Shown: positions 21,501-36,080, counted from the stretch's first letter. The stretch is 64,000 nucleotides of DNA from Mantamonas sphyraenae STR306 (GCA_026936335.1 JAPMXV010000060.1:260435-324434), one strand, 5' to 3'. The notes: generated by a model not told the origin, from the letters alone. Translations and numbers: made by a program.

Positions 21501-24500
21501 GTAGGTCTCCTTGCCGTCGACAAATCCAAACACAATCACCTTGAGCAGCATTTCCAGCGTAAACACACCCACAAACACAAGGTCGGTGTAGTACAGCGCC
21601 TGGCCAAGGTCGCTTTGCGGATCCAGGCCCGGCTCTTCCACCGCAAGCTGTACGCTGGAGAGAAAGATCAGCGCCAAAATGATGTTGTCAAAATGCTTCC
21701 ACGAGATGATGCGCGCACACCATGTGCGCAACGTGCTGTCTGTGGTCAGGAACAGCAGCGAGTCACCCTTGAGCTCCATTGTCCTGTTGCGCGACTGCAC
21801 GAGAATGGACTCCTGCCGATGCAACCTCTTGCGACGGCCAAAGAACGATGACGTGCGCTCCGTGAACGACGTGGTCGTCTCTTCCTGGCTCTCGCTGTTG
21901 TGGTTGGCCAAGCTGTAGTCTTTGTCCAGTTGGCCCATCTCCAGATCGTCGTCGTGCGAGCTGACCACACTTTCCGTCTCCACTCGATCGCCGATGCCAG
22001 CCAGCTCGGCAAACGATACGCTCTTGCCGTGTGACGCCAGCATATCTCGACTATGGTCTGATGCGCCGCGGAAAATCGAGGGCGTCGAAGCTGCCTGGGA
22101 CAGAGGCGAACGCGAACGGTTGTTTGCCGTGGAGGACGACGCAGTCGACATCGACGCAAGAGCCATCTCCTGCGACATGCTATGGTTGCGAACAGGCGTC
22201 TTGCCAGGTCCTTCCTCCTGTCCTCCACCGGGGCCATCGGCACTTGGCGCTTCTGCAACCTCGTCGCCCTCTGGGTCGCTCACCGGCCTGTGAGCCATCG
22301 AGCTCGCAGAGTCTGTGCGGTTGGACATGAGCCCACTGGGCTGGTTGACCTCACCCATACCACCAGAAATGGACCCGACAGCGCCCTTGACGGCGCTGCG
22401 CAGACTGGACGAGAAGCCCAGATTGCCGAGGGGTGACGACGGCAAGTCTTCGTCCGCATACACGATGCTGGCTTGGCGCACCTTGAGACGGAGGGATTCG
22501 TTGACTGCCTTGCTGCTTGCGTTGCCTTTGTCGTTGGCCAGGCGTCGCGTGGCCATGCCGATGAGGGAGGAAGGCGCCGGCTGCGTCGTGGCCACGCCGT
22601 TGCTCTGCCTGCGACGCTGCTGATCCACCGTCTCCTCTTCGGACAGATCGATGCCTTCCATTTCGCGCGCAATGTTGGCCAGCTTGTTCTGGTTGCTGAT
22701 GGCGTTGCGGAGGACAGACTGGGTCTTGTTCATGCGCTCCTTCAGTTTGGCAGCTCGCTTGCGTGCCGCCTCGGCCTTGGCTTGCGTGGTGAACGCCGAC
22801 AGAAGCACGGCAACAAACACGTTGATAAGCACATAGTTGCCCAACATGATGAGGAGGACAAAGTAGACGCTTGCACTGGCGTCGGTGGCACGCATGGCTG
22901 TGTACATGACATCGTTCCAGTTTTCGGTCGACAGGACCTGGAACACGGTGACCACGGCCCACCAAAGCGTGTCAAAGTTGGACCGGCTGCGTGTGCCATC
23001 CTCCTCGTACATGAGTCCGCCAAACTGCTGCATGCCCAACAGGGCAAAGATAAAAATAAACAGAAAGAGCAGCAGCGAAAAGTAGCCCAGCGAGTCGATG
23101 GAGGTGTACATGGCGCCCAGTAGCTTCTTGAACGAGCTCCACGAGCGCACAAGCTTGAACACGCGCAGCAGGCGGAATGTGCGAAACACGGTCAGGGCGC
23201 CTGTGTCTGCGGGTGCACCGCTGCCAGTGTTTGTCGTCGACGCGACAATGATGAGTTCGAGGATACTGAGGATGACAATGACGCCGTCAAAGGCGTTCAT
23301 GCGGTCACTCCAGTAGTTGATCACGCCCAGGCCGACAAACTTGAGCAGCATTTCCGTGGCAAAGAGGATGGTAAAGACGAGGTTGACGTCTTCGAGCGCC
23401 TCTGCGAGCTCACGGCTCATGCCGTGCGATTCCATGGCCAGGCTGATGGTGTTGAGCACAATGGCCAGAAAGATGGAGTATTGGAAGGGCTTGCTCTGCA
23501 CGATGCGCTGCACTTGGAAGCGAACCTTGGAAAGCAAGGTGTCGTCACCATGCAGGTTCTCCGTCTCCTCGTCTTCATCGGCATCTTCGAGCACCAACAG
23601 CACGGGTGAATCTTCGTCGTATTCGCGAAACTTGATGGTGATGACGGCCAGGGTGAGGTTGATGATGAAAAACGAACCCCAGAGCACGAGAAAGACAAAG
23701 TAGATGGCCGAGAGGTCGTTGGTGGCGTCCATGATGTAGTCCATGATTTCGCTCCAACCCTCGAGGGTAATGCACTGGAAAATGGTGAGAAAGGCGGCGC
23801 CGATGTTGTCGAAGCTGGTGAAGCCAAAGTTTGGGTTTTGGTAGTCCTTGCACGTCTGGCCTGCTGGACACTGGCGGCCCTGCGACGGGGTCTTGGAACA
23901 CAAGCGTGTGTCGTCCTCGACAAGGGTATCACCTGCGTAGCAGCGGCCTTGCATGACGCCGTTCCAAAACTGGACGCCGATGAGGCCGAAAATGAAAAAG
24001 ATGAAGAAGAGGACGATGACGACGTCGAGCAGCAAGGGGAGCGACTGAAGAAGAGTATTGACAATGCGCTTGAGGCCGGGGATGCGCTTAATGGTACGCA
24101 GAGGCCTGAGGACGCGAAGGGAGCGAATGCCGCTGATGTTGCTGCTGTTGGCCAGGCCCGGGAGCAAGGGCAGATAGCCCAGGACGACAATGGTAAAGTC
24201 TAACCTGTTCCACCAATTGCGGAGGTAGCTCTGCGGGTGTTGCGCAAAGCCCATGGCAATGATTTTGACGATCATTTCAAAGGTGAAGATTCCTTGAAAG
24301 ATCCATTCTGCTGTGGCGAGGATAAGGTTGAGCTGCGAGTTTGGATCCTTGTCCAGCGGGTTGTCCATGGCGATGAAGACGCAGTTGACGAGAATGGTTA
24401 GGAGAATGAAGCGCTCAAACAGCTGGTGCTCCACGAGGTTGACAAAGAATCTGCGAAACGGGTTGTCGAGCTAGTGTGGTTCGTGTCCAGGTGGTGTCAG

Positions 24501-25887
24501 CCACATCGTCGTACTGTGTCATTGTGCGTGTATGTGTGTGTATGTGTGTGTGTGTGTGTGCTGTGTGGACGGCGAGTGTGCCGGACGTACCGTTAAGCAG
24601 AAGAGCGCAGTCGGAGCGAACTTGGCTTCAACGGGCGCATTCTGGGCAGCCAGAGCACGGGCCTGTGGGCGAGACAGTGCAGCAGTGCACGAGAAAGGGG
24701 GTGAGTGTGTGCATGGGATGGTGGGAACGTGGGCGTACAGCGAGTTGAGCAAGCACGTTGCAGACACAGGCACGGAGACGGCAACGGGCGGCTGAGAGCG
24801 CTGCGTGAAAACGGCAGCCCACCGACCAGAGGCCTTGGTTCAAGGACGCGTGCGGTGGGTCGCGACACGGATGCAAGGGGAGGGAACAAAGGGTGAGATT
24901 GGGCAGAACAACTAACCTCGTCCTTGTGGAGGAAGCGCATGGTGAATTTTCGGGCGCGGATTGTTTCGAAGATGCCTGAGGAGCTGCTTCGCTTGCCCCG
25001 CTGCGTCGGAGGCGTGTCATCGGCCTCCACATCTTCCGTTTCCGCGACGGATTCGTTCTGCACGCGTGAATGGGTAGAGGCAAGGCAAGGGTGAGGTGGG
25101 ACGGGAAGTAGATGCGAAACAAGCGTTGCACAGCGGGATGTTTGCCGCAGATGCCAGGATGGAGTGTCAGCAAGGCGCGGCGCAATCTTTCCACGAGCAC
25201 CAAGAGGCATGGCCAGCGAGAGTGGGACACGAAAAACACACGGCGCGGGAGACACGCGGTGCGATGTGACTTGGGACGGGGCAAGGGTGTATGGAAACGC
25301 CGGGCATGGGTGGGAGAGCTCGGTGGCAAAGTGTGTGGGAGTTGGGCAACGGACCGTTTTGGAAGGCGCAGAGCCAACGGGAGCAAGGACGGGTAAGGAG
25401 GGCAGCACACGCGGCAGGTCGTGTTCTGGACTCGATGCAGGTGATCTGCTTTCGCTGCGCTCGCTGTTGTTGGCAGAGAGAGAGCCATTGCCTGGAGAGT
25501 GTACAGGCGGCGGAGTGCGAGTGGGACGCGGGGGAATTTGCCCGAGCGGCTGGGCAAGGGCGCCCTCGCCAATGTGGTTGGCCCCTGATGCTTCGTTGTT
25601 GGCAGGACTGCTTGTGCGACTGCTTGCTCGTCTGTTTGCAGCAGGGCTTTGTGGCGGTCTGATGGATAGCAGGGTGTCCGTGGGCACCCTGCTATCGTCG
25701 TCGTCCGTGTCTCTAGCAGGCAACACCTTGACAAATGAATGTGTTGTTGGCGGGTGTTGCTTGCAAGGCTATACAGGTGAGGAAATGAGACCGGGCAGAT
25801 GGGGGCTGGGGCCACGGTGCGCTTTGGACGAACTGGTTGGGATTTGTTGGCTGGCGAGGTGTTGCCTGGCCACGGCGTGCCACACAT
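18525..25887 (-). CDS. Four-domain voltage-gated cation channel alpha subunit, EEEE selectivity filter (Ca2+-channel type)
   Basis: Four Arg-rich S4 helices and P-loops TLEGW, STENW, TLEGW, TGENW. Large 3' exon 18525-24471, with short 5' exons inferred to ~25887 (alternative ATG 25917). Confidence 0.93.
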
Positions 25888-25938
25888 CTCTCTCTCTCTC
25901 TCTCTCTCTCTCTTCATGTCGCTCGGACACCCGGAAAA

Positions 25939-28900
25939 TCACCAGCCACTGCGTTCTGCTGCGCCGTGGAGAGACTCGGTGAGCGCGAGGAGCTCTTTGA
26001 CCAAGAGAAATTGCTCGCTGTCGAGGTGTTCTCCGTCGCTGCCCAGGTTACTCATGGCGTCGCTGTTGTAGCTGCTGCTACTGCTGCTATTGATGCTTGA
26101 CTGCAGCTTGTTGCGCTTGTCCAGGCGATTAAGCACGAAAATGAGAAGCTCGCGGATGGCCAGTAGCCTGTTTGCAGCAGAAATGTCCTTCTGGGCAGCA
26201 GCCTGCTTCTCTGCCTGCTCTTTGTCGCGCCTGCTCTGCGCCGCCGCCTCTTGCTGCCATCCATGGATCCAGGATAGATGCTTGGCACTCACCAGGCTCT
26301 TGAGGACCGACTTGGCCGGCGAGGACTCGAGCTGCGAGACGAGCGTGTACAAACGTGCGCGGATGACTGTCAACAGAGGTGTGGCCACGGAGGCGTGTTC
26401 GGGCAGGTATGGAAGGCGCTCTTGCGCCAGTTGGTCCTGTCCCGTTTGGTACAGCTGCACAATATGGTCGGACACGACGTCTTCCTCGCTGATGTTCAGT
26501 TCCTTGGCCACCTTGACCCCCATGCGCCAGTCCACAAACATCACGCGCCGGATAAACTCCATTTGCTCGCTGACGCCGCCTACCAGTTCAAAGTCGTCGT
26601 CGTCGTCATCGTCGTTTGCGGCTTTGGCCGATCCTCCGTCGTCGTTGCCTGTTCCCTCGCCGGCATTCGTGCTCGACGCCTCATCTGCGGGTTCGTCAAG
26701 CCAAGCTTGGTAGGTGTCGATGTCCACGCAAATGTCTCGCGAAATCTCTTGGGCGTCGTAAAACGGGAACAGTTCGTCGACACGCACATGGCGCATTTCG
26801 AGGAGAACCATGGTGCGGACGACGGTGAGCATGGTGCGCAGGTCACCCAGCGCACGCAAGCGATCTGGGATCCAACCGTCGGCCGCTTGCAAACACATCT
26901 GGGTGAGCAGCGTGTCGTTTGCATACTTCCAAGTGCGTTCTCGCCACGATTGCCCCTGTACAGTGCGGTGCAGGCCTTGCACAATCGTGCACAGGTCACG
27001 CGCAAACTCCAAGAGCAACTCGGCCTCGCGTTTGTCCAGAGACACGTGCTTGATAAGCGACCGCTCGCTTGGGCTCTTTCCCGCGCGGTTGATGAGCGCC
27101 ACCACAGCCTGGAACTTGGGCAGGGCATCATTCATCAACGTCACAAAGGTGATGCCAGCCTTGGCGATGTGTGCTTCGATTTTCATCACCTCGCGGTGAT
27201 ACACGCGTGTCCACTCTTCGATGCTGAGATCGCCCTGTGAAAACAGCTGCCCTGCCCTGTAAATGCGATGAGCGGCCACAACCTCGCGCGTGCACAGACC
27301 ACTCAGATCCTTGTGTGCCATGACCTCATTCACAACCTCGTCCTCGACTCCCTTGTTCAGCAGTGGTGCTTCCGCAAAGATCCACGCCAGCGCGTTCCTA
27401 TCCGTCAGGGACTCCAAGGAGATGCGGCGATGAGTCTGGTCGTCGCCAAGTTGTTGCAATCGACGTACGAGCTGCAGTTGCTGCTGCAACAGCAGCCATT
27501 TGTCCACGTTGACGTCCAAGTCGTCTCGCAAGATCACAACTGCCGCGTCGACGAGATGAAGCACCTCCCGAGTGTGCCCCGCCTCCAAATCTGTGCACAC
27601 GGCGTACATGGTGTCGTCCATGTGTTTCTTCTCCTCGCCACTGTTCACGTGTTTCGCCAGCAGGCGGAGAGTGTGTGCCACTGCCTCGCCACCCAGCTCC
27701 AACCCTCTGCCGTTGGTCAGCCACATGCCAAACAGCGTCACCACATCGACAATCGACATGGCAAGCTTATCCATGAAAAGACTGGCGACGATGCCGGCAC
27801 CCTGCTGGCCCAATACATGCAGCTGGAAGACCATGGGCGGACGTGCCTTTTCGGCTGCCGCGTCATCTGCACCGGCCAGGGCAATGTGTGCCGTGCGTTC
27901 TTGGTCGTACTCAAAGTCACGCAGAAAGGTCAGTACATCGTTTCCTGCCGCCTCGTCGTCCATCGAGGCAGGTTCGGGGTCGCCAACCTCTGCCCAGTGA
28001 TCGTGCAGCAACGACTGCACCGTCACAAAAGCCTCCAGAAGCCTTCTCCTGCAATCCAGGTACGATAAAACGTGCTCTGGCGACGACACGTGCTTCCACA
28101 CAAACACGGCGTGGTGCTCGGTGGCAAACGCGTCGTCGGGCACCCACGGCTCAGCGTGTTCCTCGTCGCTGTCCTTATCCTCACTCTCGTTCTCCTCAAC
28201 GTTGTCCACCTTGTCCTTGTCCTTTTCCTTTTCCTCGTCCTCCTCTTCCGCGCTGGCCGTGCCCTCCAAGGAACGTATGTGTGCGTCGAGGCGTTCAAGC
28301 ACGAGCTGATTGATGTCCGAGAGCAGGGTGACATCGTGTGAGAACGAGCGTGTTGCATGCCACAGAACGGCCAGCCAGTGCTCTGGTGACTCCAATTGTC
28401 CTAGACCACGTGTGTACACATGCAACAGACGCTCGGCTGCGTGTTCTGGGCCTGCCTCGGCAACAAACGTCTCCACAAAGTTGACCATTTCTGCAGCTGA
28501 GGTCACGGTGACCGTGTCTTCCAGTGCAGGCTCCTCCGTCTCCACCTCGTCGACGCACTCTTGAAACTGCTCGTCGTCGTCGTCGTCGTCGTTGCCGCTG
28601 CTCTGGATGTCGGCCAGGGTGACTCGGCGCACGATTCCCGACCGATCTGCGAGCAGCACCTGCCGCAAATAGGCAGCATGTTGGTGATACAACTTGGCAC
28701 TGCCTCCCAACGGTGCCTCTGTGTCCAGCATGACCAGGTCTGAGCCCACATTTGCTGCGCCAAGCCGATTCCCATACGGCAGATCCCATGCCTCGAGCAA
28801 GCCCCGTCGAGGTGCGTACAACATCAACACCACCCTCTCCAACTCCATGTACTCCACAGGCGGGTCTCCAAACAATTCGTCGTCGTCCAGCTCCACCCAA

Positions 28901-30316
28901 CCGTCGTTTTCGTCGCCCGGCTCAGCCTCAACCGCTGCACGATCCGATGAGGCGGCTGTGTCTGTCTGCTCCGCACCACCGGCGCTTTGGGTGCGAGACT
29001 GACACACAAACGCAACCTGGGCGTCGCGATAGCCTTTCCACATGCGCATGACCATAAAGTCAACAAGGTTGATCAGCATGACGCGCCCGTATCCATCCAT
29101 GCTCAAGGCATACCTGCCGCTGGGATCCATGTGCAATCGTTGGATCTTGCGCTGTCCGTCATACATCTCCATGTCCAGAGGCAGAGCACTTGCCTTTTCC
29201 AGCGCTGAAGGCTCGACGGCCTCGGCCTCCTCTTCTTCGCCTGTCCACCAGCTCTTTGCAAACGAGTACATGGCCGTGGTGAGCTTGCTTGCGACATCTG
29301 TGGCAATTGCTACAGCTGCGCTGAGGGTTGTTTCCTCCTGTGCTGCTGTGTACATGGCTAGGGTTGGCTCGACGCCGGCTGCAAGGAAGCGATATGCCAC
29401 AGCCTCCCTGCTCACGCCGGACGCCGTGGACACCATCCGAGACAGGTACAAACAGTCCTGAATGCCCTGTTCGCTACCAAAGCGCAGCTTCTTGTACGTC
29501 AAATGCACCTCCTGCTCGTCTGCCAGCGCTGTTTCGTCGCCGACCGAGTTGAAGCACGACGCCAGGGCCGTCAGCAACACCTCTGCGTCCACCTTTATGA
29601 CCACGTCGTCAGCATGCATCATCACCAGCGCCTCTACGTTGTCACACACCACGCAACTGTGTCGGCGGCGCCGTGGAGAGGGTGTGAGCCGCGAGTGCTG
29701 TGTGTTTGCTTCCCCTGCCGACCTCTCACCACGTACTCTTGCTCCAACACTGTACGCAATCGGAATCGGGTGATGGGTTCTGTGTGAAGCCGCTGGCTGA
29801 GCAGCAGTTGTGATTGCTATACCGTGTGGGAGTGTGTGGTGTGGAATGGGCAGACGGGTGAGCGTTTCTGGCACGGTGCTCCTGGGCCGAGACGGAATAG
29901 ACACTCACCAATGTGTACACACGCATGCGTCCTGTGCGGTATCCTAGAAGCACGCACAGATGAGCCTGTCCACCCGTGCCTGTATCAACCGTGAGTAGCT
30001 TCAGTGCAGAAATGCCTTCGGTCGCTGCCACGTCCTCCATCAGAAACAGCGTCGACGGCTGCGCCAAAGTCTCCTCTGCGCTGGTGTCGCCCTCATGACT
30101 GTCCTCGGACACTTCCGTATCTCTGGGAGGCTCCAGCATACAAATATACACCTCGCTTTGCGGTGTAGCAAAGCAAACGTAGCGACCCGAGGCATCCACA
30201 CTGAGCAGGTCCACGCCACGGTACGCCTGGTCGCCATCGTCATCCTTCCACGCGACGTTTGCCAACAAGTCGTCTCGCACCCATGCGCAGGGTTCCAAGT
30301 GGAACTTGGCCTGCAT
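25939..30316 (-). CDS. RAB3GAP2: Rab3 GTPase-activating protein non-catalytic subunit
   Basis: VLLGYRTGRMRVYT, AAGVEPTLAMY, DGYGRVML...MRMWKGYRDAQVAF, LYAPRRGLLEAW and LYQTGQD. Two introns near the 5' end. Confidence 0.88.
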
Positions 30317-30398
30317 GCCAGTGCTGTGGTTTGGAAGACGGATTGGATGGCGAAGCGCGCCTTGCTGATTTGTACATTGGCCTCCTCGCTTGACACAC

Positions 30399-33300
30399 TC
30401 ACTTGCTCGGCACTGTGTGCGCGAGCTTGGAATCAAACACATAGGCTGGCAGATAGCCCTCGACGACCTTGCGGGAGAAGCCACTGTGGCGCACGAAATC
30501 GTCGAGGTAGATGAGCACGTTCAGGGTGCTCTCTGGGTACTCGCTCGGCTTCTGATCCTTCTGGAAGGCCGAGTTGATGGTTCCACGCACATACTGGCCC
30601 AGCATGGCCAGGTACTCTTGTGTGAGCGAAGAGTGGAACTGCTTGAGGACAGTGATGATGCCGACGGCAAAGGCCGCGCCGTCCAACACGCTCTTCTTGG
30701 CGGAGCACACCAGCGTGCCCAGCACCTCGTCGTATGCAAAGTTGCCCATCTGCGAAATTGTCAGCAGAGTCACAAAAGTTTGGATCTCTTCCAGAGGCTC
30801 GGTGGTGATGTAAATCTTGTTGAAGGGCGTGTTGATGCCACTGCTTTCCAGGTGCTTCGTCAACTCCTCCAGCAGCTCGTTGTCCTTGTCCGGGTAGGGC
30901 TTCTCCTCTGGGTTGCGGTAGTGCTCCTGGATGTCCGCCAGCAGCGACTTGTTCAAGGTTTCGAGAGCAGCGGCCAGGCCGTTGCTGTCCAGCTTGCAGG
31001 AGAAGTTGAGCTCGGTGCTGAGGGCCCTGCGGATCAACTGCACCTGTCCGATGTTCATCAGGATTTCCACAAACACGGGCCAAAGCTTCTTGGTCTTGGA
31101 CAGGGCGTTGTTGTACGCTTTGAGGGCGTTTGTGGGCACGTTGCTCAGCGGCTGCAACTCCTCGCTAAACTCGGCCAGAAAGGCGGCGTCCCTCTTTGTG
31201 ACCGAGCGTTGGTACAGGCGAACGAAATCCTGCAGCTCCTTGACAATGATGAAGGAAAAGAAGCGGTCGAGACCCGTGAGCCCGAATGTGCCGACGCTTT
31301 GGTGCAAGAGGGAGAAGGAACGGATGCCCACGACCTCGTTGCCGCTCTTATCCAGCCAGGCGCTCATCTGGTCGCAGTACACAGTGTAGCGGGAGTCGGT
31401 GAGGCGGAGGAGCTCGCGCGCAAGGCGGCCGATAAAGTTGACCGAGTCGTCGATGGGAGCAAACACGGGGATGGGGATGGCTTCGTCTTGGTAGGACGAC
31501 TGCCAGTCCCAGATCTTTTGCTTGAGGAAGCTGTTGCACTCCTGCTCGATGTTGTAGTTGATGATGCGAGAAAACTCTTCCTGCCAGATGCGGAGGCCGT
31601 AGATGTTGACGTAGTCTGAAATGTACTCAAAGGAGCGTCGGTAGCCGTCGAGTTGCTCGCTGAGGAGGGCCAGCCTGTGTTCAAACTCCTCTGCACCTCC
31701 CTTGGCGCCCTTGAAGACGAGAATGTCGTCGAGGGCACGTGCAATCTGGCTGACGAGCTCCTTGCGGATGCCGTCCTCGAGCAACTGTTTTGGGTCAACC
31801 TTGATGATGCCCACGAGCGTAGTCTCCATGGCCAGGATGCCCTCGGTGAAGACCGAGATGCGGTGTGTGGCCTTGGCAAGGGCGTAGCGTGCGTCGAGCT
31901 GTGCATACTCACGCACGTGTGCCTTTTCCAGACGTGTTGGCAGCTGTTGCAGCACGTTGGTCTGCAGGTGGATGATTTCGTTCATGATGTCAAACATGGA
32001 ACGCGGGATGATTTCGAGGACCTTGCGCACGTAGACGACGAGCTCGTTGCTGTAGTACTCGGCCACCGAGTCAACGTCTGGGCTTTTGGCCTGTGCAATG
32101 CGGATGAGCGGGATCTCCAGGATGCTGGCGAGTTTAAGAAAGGTGGCGCGCAGCTTGATGACGGTGCCCGGATCGGCCTTGATGCGAGCTTGCATGAGGT
32201 CGACGTAGTCGTTGATGATCTGCCAGGCGTAGGAAAGGTCGGCGACGAGAGAGATGGTGACGAGCACCTCCTCGCGAATGTTGACGGTGCGGATCATCTG
32301 GTAGAGGGCCGAACGGGTGCTCTCGAGATAGTGCTTGACCAGGTCGTTGCTGACTTGCTGGTACTGCTCCACCTCCTCCAGTGCGGAAATGAGTTTCTGC
32401 ATCTTGCGGCCGGCGAGGGTGCTGTCGTTGAAATCGAGCGACTGGATGTTGTCGGCCATGTCCTTGAACCAGTTCATGAACTGCTCGTCCTTCTCCACGT
32501 CCTTGGTAAGGGCCTTTGTGCCGGAGAAGTACTCGGAGAGTTCGAGCATGCGTGAGGAGCCGTCTTCCTTGGCGTCGTCCCAACGCTCCTGCTTGGTGGC
32601 GAGCAGATCCTTGAACATGTTCTTGAGGATAAACTCAAACTGGGCGGTGTCGAGGAGGAGGACAAGCAGCTGGTCTGGGTCGAGGTCGGCAATGACAGCC
32701 TCGCGCAGCTTCTTGTTCTGGGTGGTTGCGTGGAGCATGAGCCAGCGCAGGGAGACGTTGCACTTGCGCAAGCAGTTGAGCAGCGGGTTGACGTTGTCCA
32801 ACACATAGTCCTCAACAAGGACACCCTCGGTTAGGTAGCGATCGAGGAGCTCCTGGGCGGCGTACATGTTGCTGAGATGCTTTGCTTGCAGTTCGCGCAC
32901 GGTGCCGAGGTTGATGGTGTTCTTCAGGGCCAGCTTGGCAGCCTTGTAGCCAGCCCAGGCGACAGATAGGTCGACAGTGAAGCCCATGTAGAAGGAGATG
33001 ACCCAGTTGTCCTGGAAGTGCTTGTCGACGAGTTCGCGCATGGTGGCCTGCTCTTTCTTGAGCACGTCGGGCACAAAGTAGAGGATCATGTAGACCATGC
33101 AGGCCTGTGTGGCGAGGGCTGTGGAGCGATGGGACGGAGACGGGTAGGAGGACATCTGGTTGTAGATGTCGTCTGAACGGAGGCGGCCGAGGATCATCTC
33201 GACGGTCTCTGTGGGCACTTCGAAGCGTGCAAAGAAGCTCTCCGGGTAGTTCTTGGGCTTGGCCTTGCCCGGCTCGAAGCCCGTGGAGCGGCAGAGCTGG

Positions 33301-34196
33301 CAGACTTCGTCCATGTTGTTGATGCCCTGCTGGCCCTTGTAGCGGTAGTAGGAGATGAGGAGGCGTTCGCGCACCTCGCCTGGGATGCGCAGATCGAGGA
33401 GAGTGAGCATGACTCCAAACAAGTAGAGAGCCTCGGCCATGAGCTGCTTGCCATCGGTGTCAAAGAGGATGGACTCGAGGGACTGCTGGATGTACACGCC
33501 TTCTTCGAGATCCTGCAAGTAGCGCGTAAACTCTTTGATGTACTTGTAGATGGACTCGAACATGACAAAGAAGCGCTCGAGGATCTCGATGTGGTTGTCG
33601 CGGAACTGCTCGTCGAGGTCAAGGAGTTCCTGCGAGGGCGAAAGGACGAGGCGGGCGGGGTCAGCGGCGGGAGGGCTTTTTGAAATGGGCGAGGCTGGGG
33701 TGGAGAGCAACGCACTGCGCTGGACTCGATCTGGTGCTCGTAGTACTCCTGCTGCTTGAGGTACTTGAAATCAAAGAGGATGGAGCCGTAGCGGGCAATG
33801 TCGCTCTTGTGGCTGAGGTAGAACACACGGGGCACGTGGTCGCTGAGGCGAAGAAGTTCGGCTGTGAGGAGAGGCGTGGTTGTCGCAAGCCAGGGGAGCA
33901 CAGAGGATGGGCCAGCAAAGGTGGGGATTCAGGGTGAGTGTGTGGAGGTTGAAGCGAGGCGCATGTGTGGAGAATGGACGTGTGACGTTGCGTGTGACGA
34001 GCAGGAGGGCAGGACGGGACATGAGCGTGGAAAAGCGACGGTGGGTGGGGAACTCCGAGACGGCGTGGACAACAAGACACGGGGACAGACGCGGGGCACG
34101 CAACATACCAATGATGGCGTTGCCTCGACTGACAAGCCAGAGGGCAGCCTGGCCTGCAGCGTTGTCCTCGTTGAGAAAGTCGTCGAGAGAGGACAT
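30399..34196 (-). CDS. WASHC5: WASH complex subunit 5 (strumpellin)
   Basis: DFLNEDNAAGQAALWLVSRGNAII, RLRSDDIYNQ, HRSTALATQA, VDPKQLLEDGIRKELV and IWQEEFSRIINYN. Confidence 0.97.
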
Positions 34197-34352
34197 GCGC
34201 GGGTGGGGGAAGTGAAGTTGAGCTGGGGAGAGGCGGGCGGGATGGGCTGGGCGCCCTAGGTGCATTGCATGCGGGTGGATTCTCTCCACTGGACCAACGG
34301 GGAGTGTGGTCGAGAGGGATATGCACACTGAGTGGGTCGGGAGCGAGGTGGC

Positions 34353-36080
34353 TCACATGGCACCGAGGACAGACTCGAGGGTGTTCAGGTAGATCTGGGC
34401 GTGCTTGGGAGCAAAGATGAGCTGAGGACGCACACGAGTGGAGTGAGTGCCACAGCCACCGCCTTGGACACCGGCCTGACGCATGGCATGGACAAGAGAG
34501 TCGCGGAGCTCGGGACTGGCCGAGTCGTAGGCAATAAAGGTGCCCATGCCACGGACATTGCTGATATAGTCTGGGAAAGAGGCAGAGAGCTGCTTGAGAC
34601 CCATGCGCATGTAGTCGCCTGTGATGCGTGTGTTCTCCAGCAACTGCTGCTTCTCGATTTGGTCGAGGACAACCTCGAGGTTGAGGGCCTTGATGGGCTC
34701 TCCGAGCCAGGTGTTGAAGTTGCGGTAGGTTTCGCTGGGGCGAAGGTCGATGTTGTGGTAGAATCCAGCAGCAGAGGTCTTCTTGGAAAAGGTGACAATG
34801 TCGGGAGGTGTGTCGAGGTTCCACTGCTCGTGCGCCCAAAACGTGCCTGTGGGGCCACCTCCAGTCTGCACCTCGTCGACAATGAACATGACGCCGTGTT
34901 TGGCAGTGATATCTCGGATGCCCTTGAAGAAAGCGGGCGAGGCGTGGTTGTCACCTCCCTCGGCCTGGATGGGCTCGACAATGACGGCCGCGACGGGCAC
35001 CGGGTGAGAAGCGATGGCATCTTCCATGATTTCGAGGCAACGGGCTTCTTCGGCACAGTTCTCTGCTTCGAACTCGGACAGCGGGTACTTGAGCTTGGGA
35101 AAAGGGACAGAGGGCCAGTTGAAAGCCGGGATGTCGACCTTGGCCAGGGCCTTGGAGCGGGTGGAGGAGAGGGATCCCATGAGACGGCCATGGAAACCTC
35201 CGTCAAAGCTGAGGATGGCGAGGTCGGGGCTACCGGGAGCCTGGTTGCTCATGCAGGAGGAGAGCTCCTGCTCGGAGAAAGGGGCGCCTCCACGGTGAAG
35301 GTGTTGGTGGTGCATAAAGACGGCTTTGTAGGCGCACTCGTTCGCACATGAGCCACACATGGTGGTGTAGACCTGGTCGAGGCCAGGAGGAGCCATGCGG
35401 AGAAAGACGTTGTCGACGAGGTCGATCCACTCTTGGGACGGGGTGATGCCGAGAGAAGGGCGGTTGATGAGGGCATCCTGCCAGCGAGGAGTCTGGTAGG
35501 CCTCCTTGAGTGCTGGGGCATTGTAGCCAAGGGCGAGGGAGCTGATCTGGTTGAAGACGTCAAGGAGGACGTTGCCGTCAGCGTCACGGATGTAGTTGCC
35601 TACAGAGCCCTGAAAGTCGGCGACGAAATGCACGGCACGTGTGTCCTGTTGTGCATGGGTTGGATATGTATGTGCGTTGCGGGCGGGGCCACGGGGCCGT
35701 GTGTGGGTGAGCTGTCGAGAGAGGGAAAAGCATGGTTCGCTGAGGGGCACCCACCTGGTGTTTGTCCAGCCTCTGCTGCAGCTGAGTGGACTTGGGGCCT
35801 GGGATGGCCCCGTTGACAGAGGGTCCCGATGGTTCGTTGGGGAAATCGGGAGTTGGGGTGTCTGGCACCGACGCTGCGGTGGACAGGGCACGGCCAGCTA
35901 TTTGTGCGAGCAATTGTTTTTGACGTGAGCGATTTGTTTGGTTTTTCGGCAAACGCGTCGAGCGATTCGCGAGAGATTGCACGGGGGGCGTGGGCATGCG
36001 GGAATCAGGGCGAACATACTTGAACGACGAGCGATGGGGCCAACGGTGGTGGATGTGGTGTGCGCGATTCGAGCAAACAT
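34353..36080 (-). CDS. ABAT: 4-aminobutyrate aminotransferase (GABA-T), mitochondrial
   Basis: Arg-rich transit peptide exon, then GNYIRDADGNVLLDVFNQISSLALGYN, MCGSCANECAYK, GGFHGR, VEPIQAEGGDNHAS, FIVDEVQTG and DIVTFSKK (PLP lysine). Confidence 0.95.
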
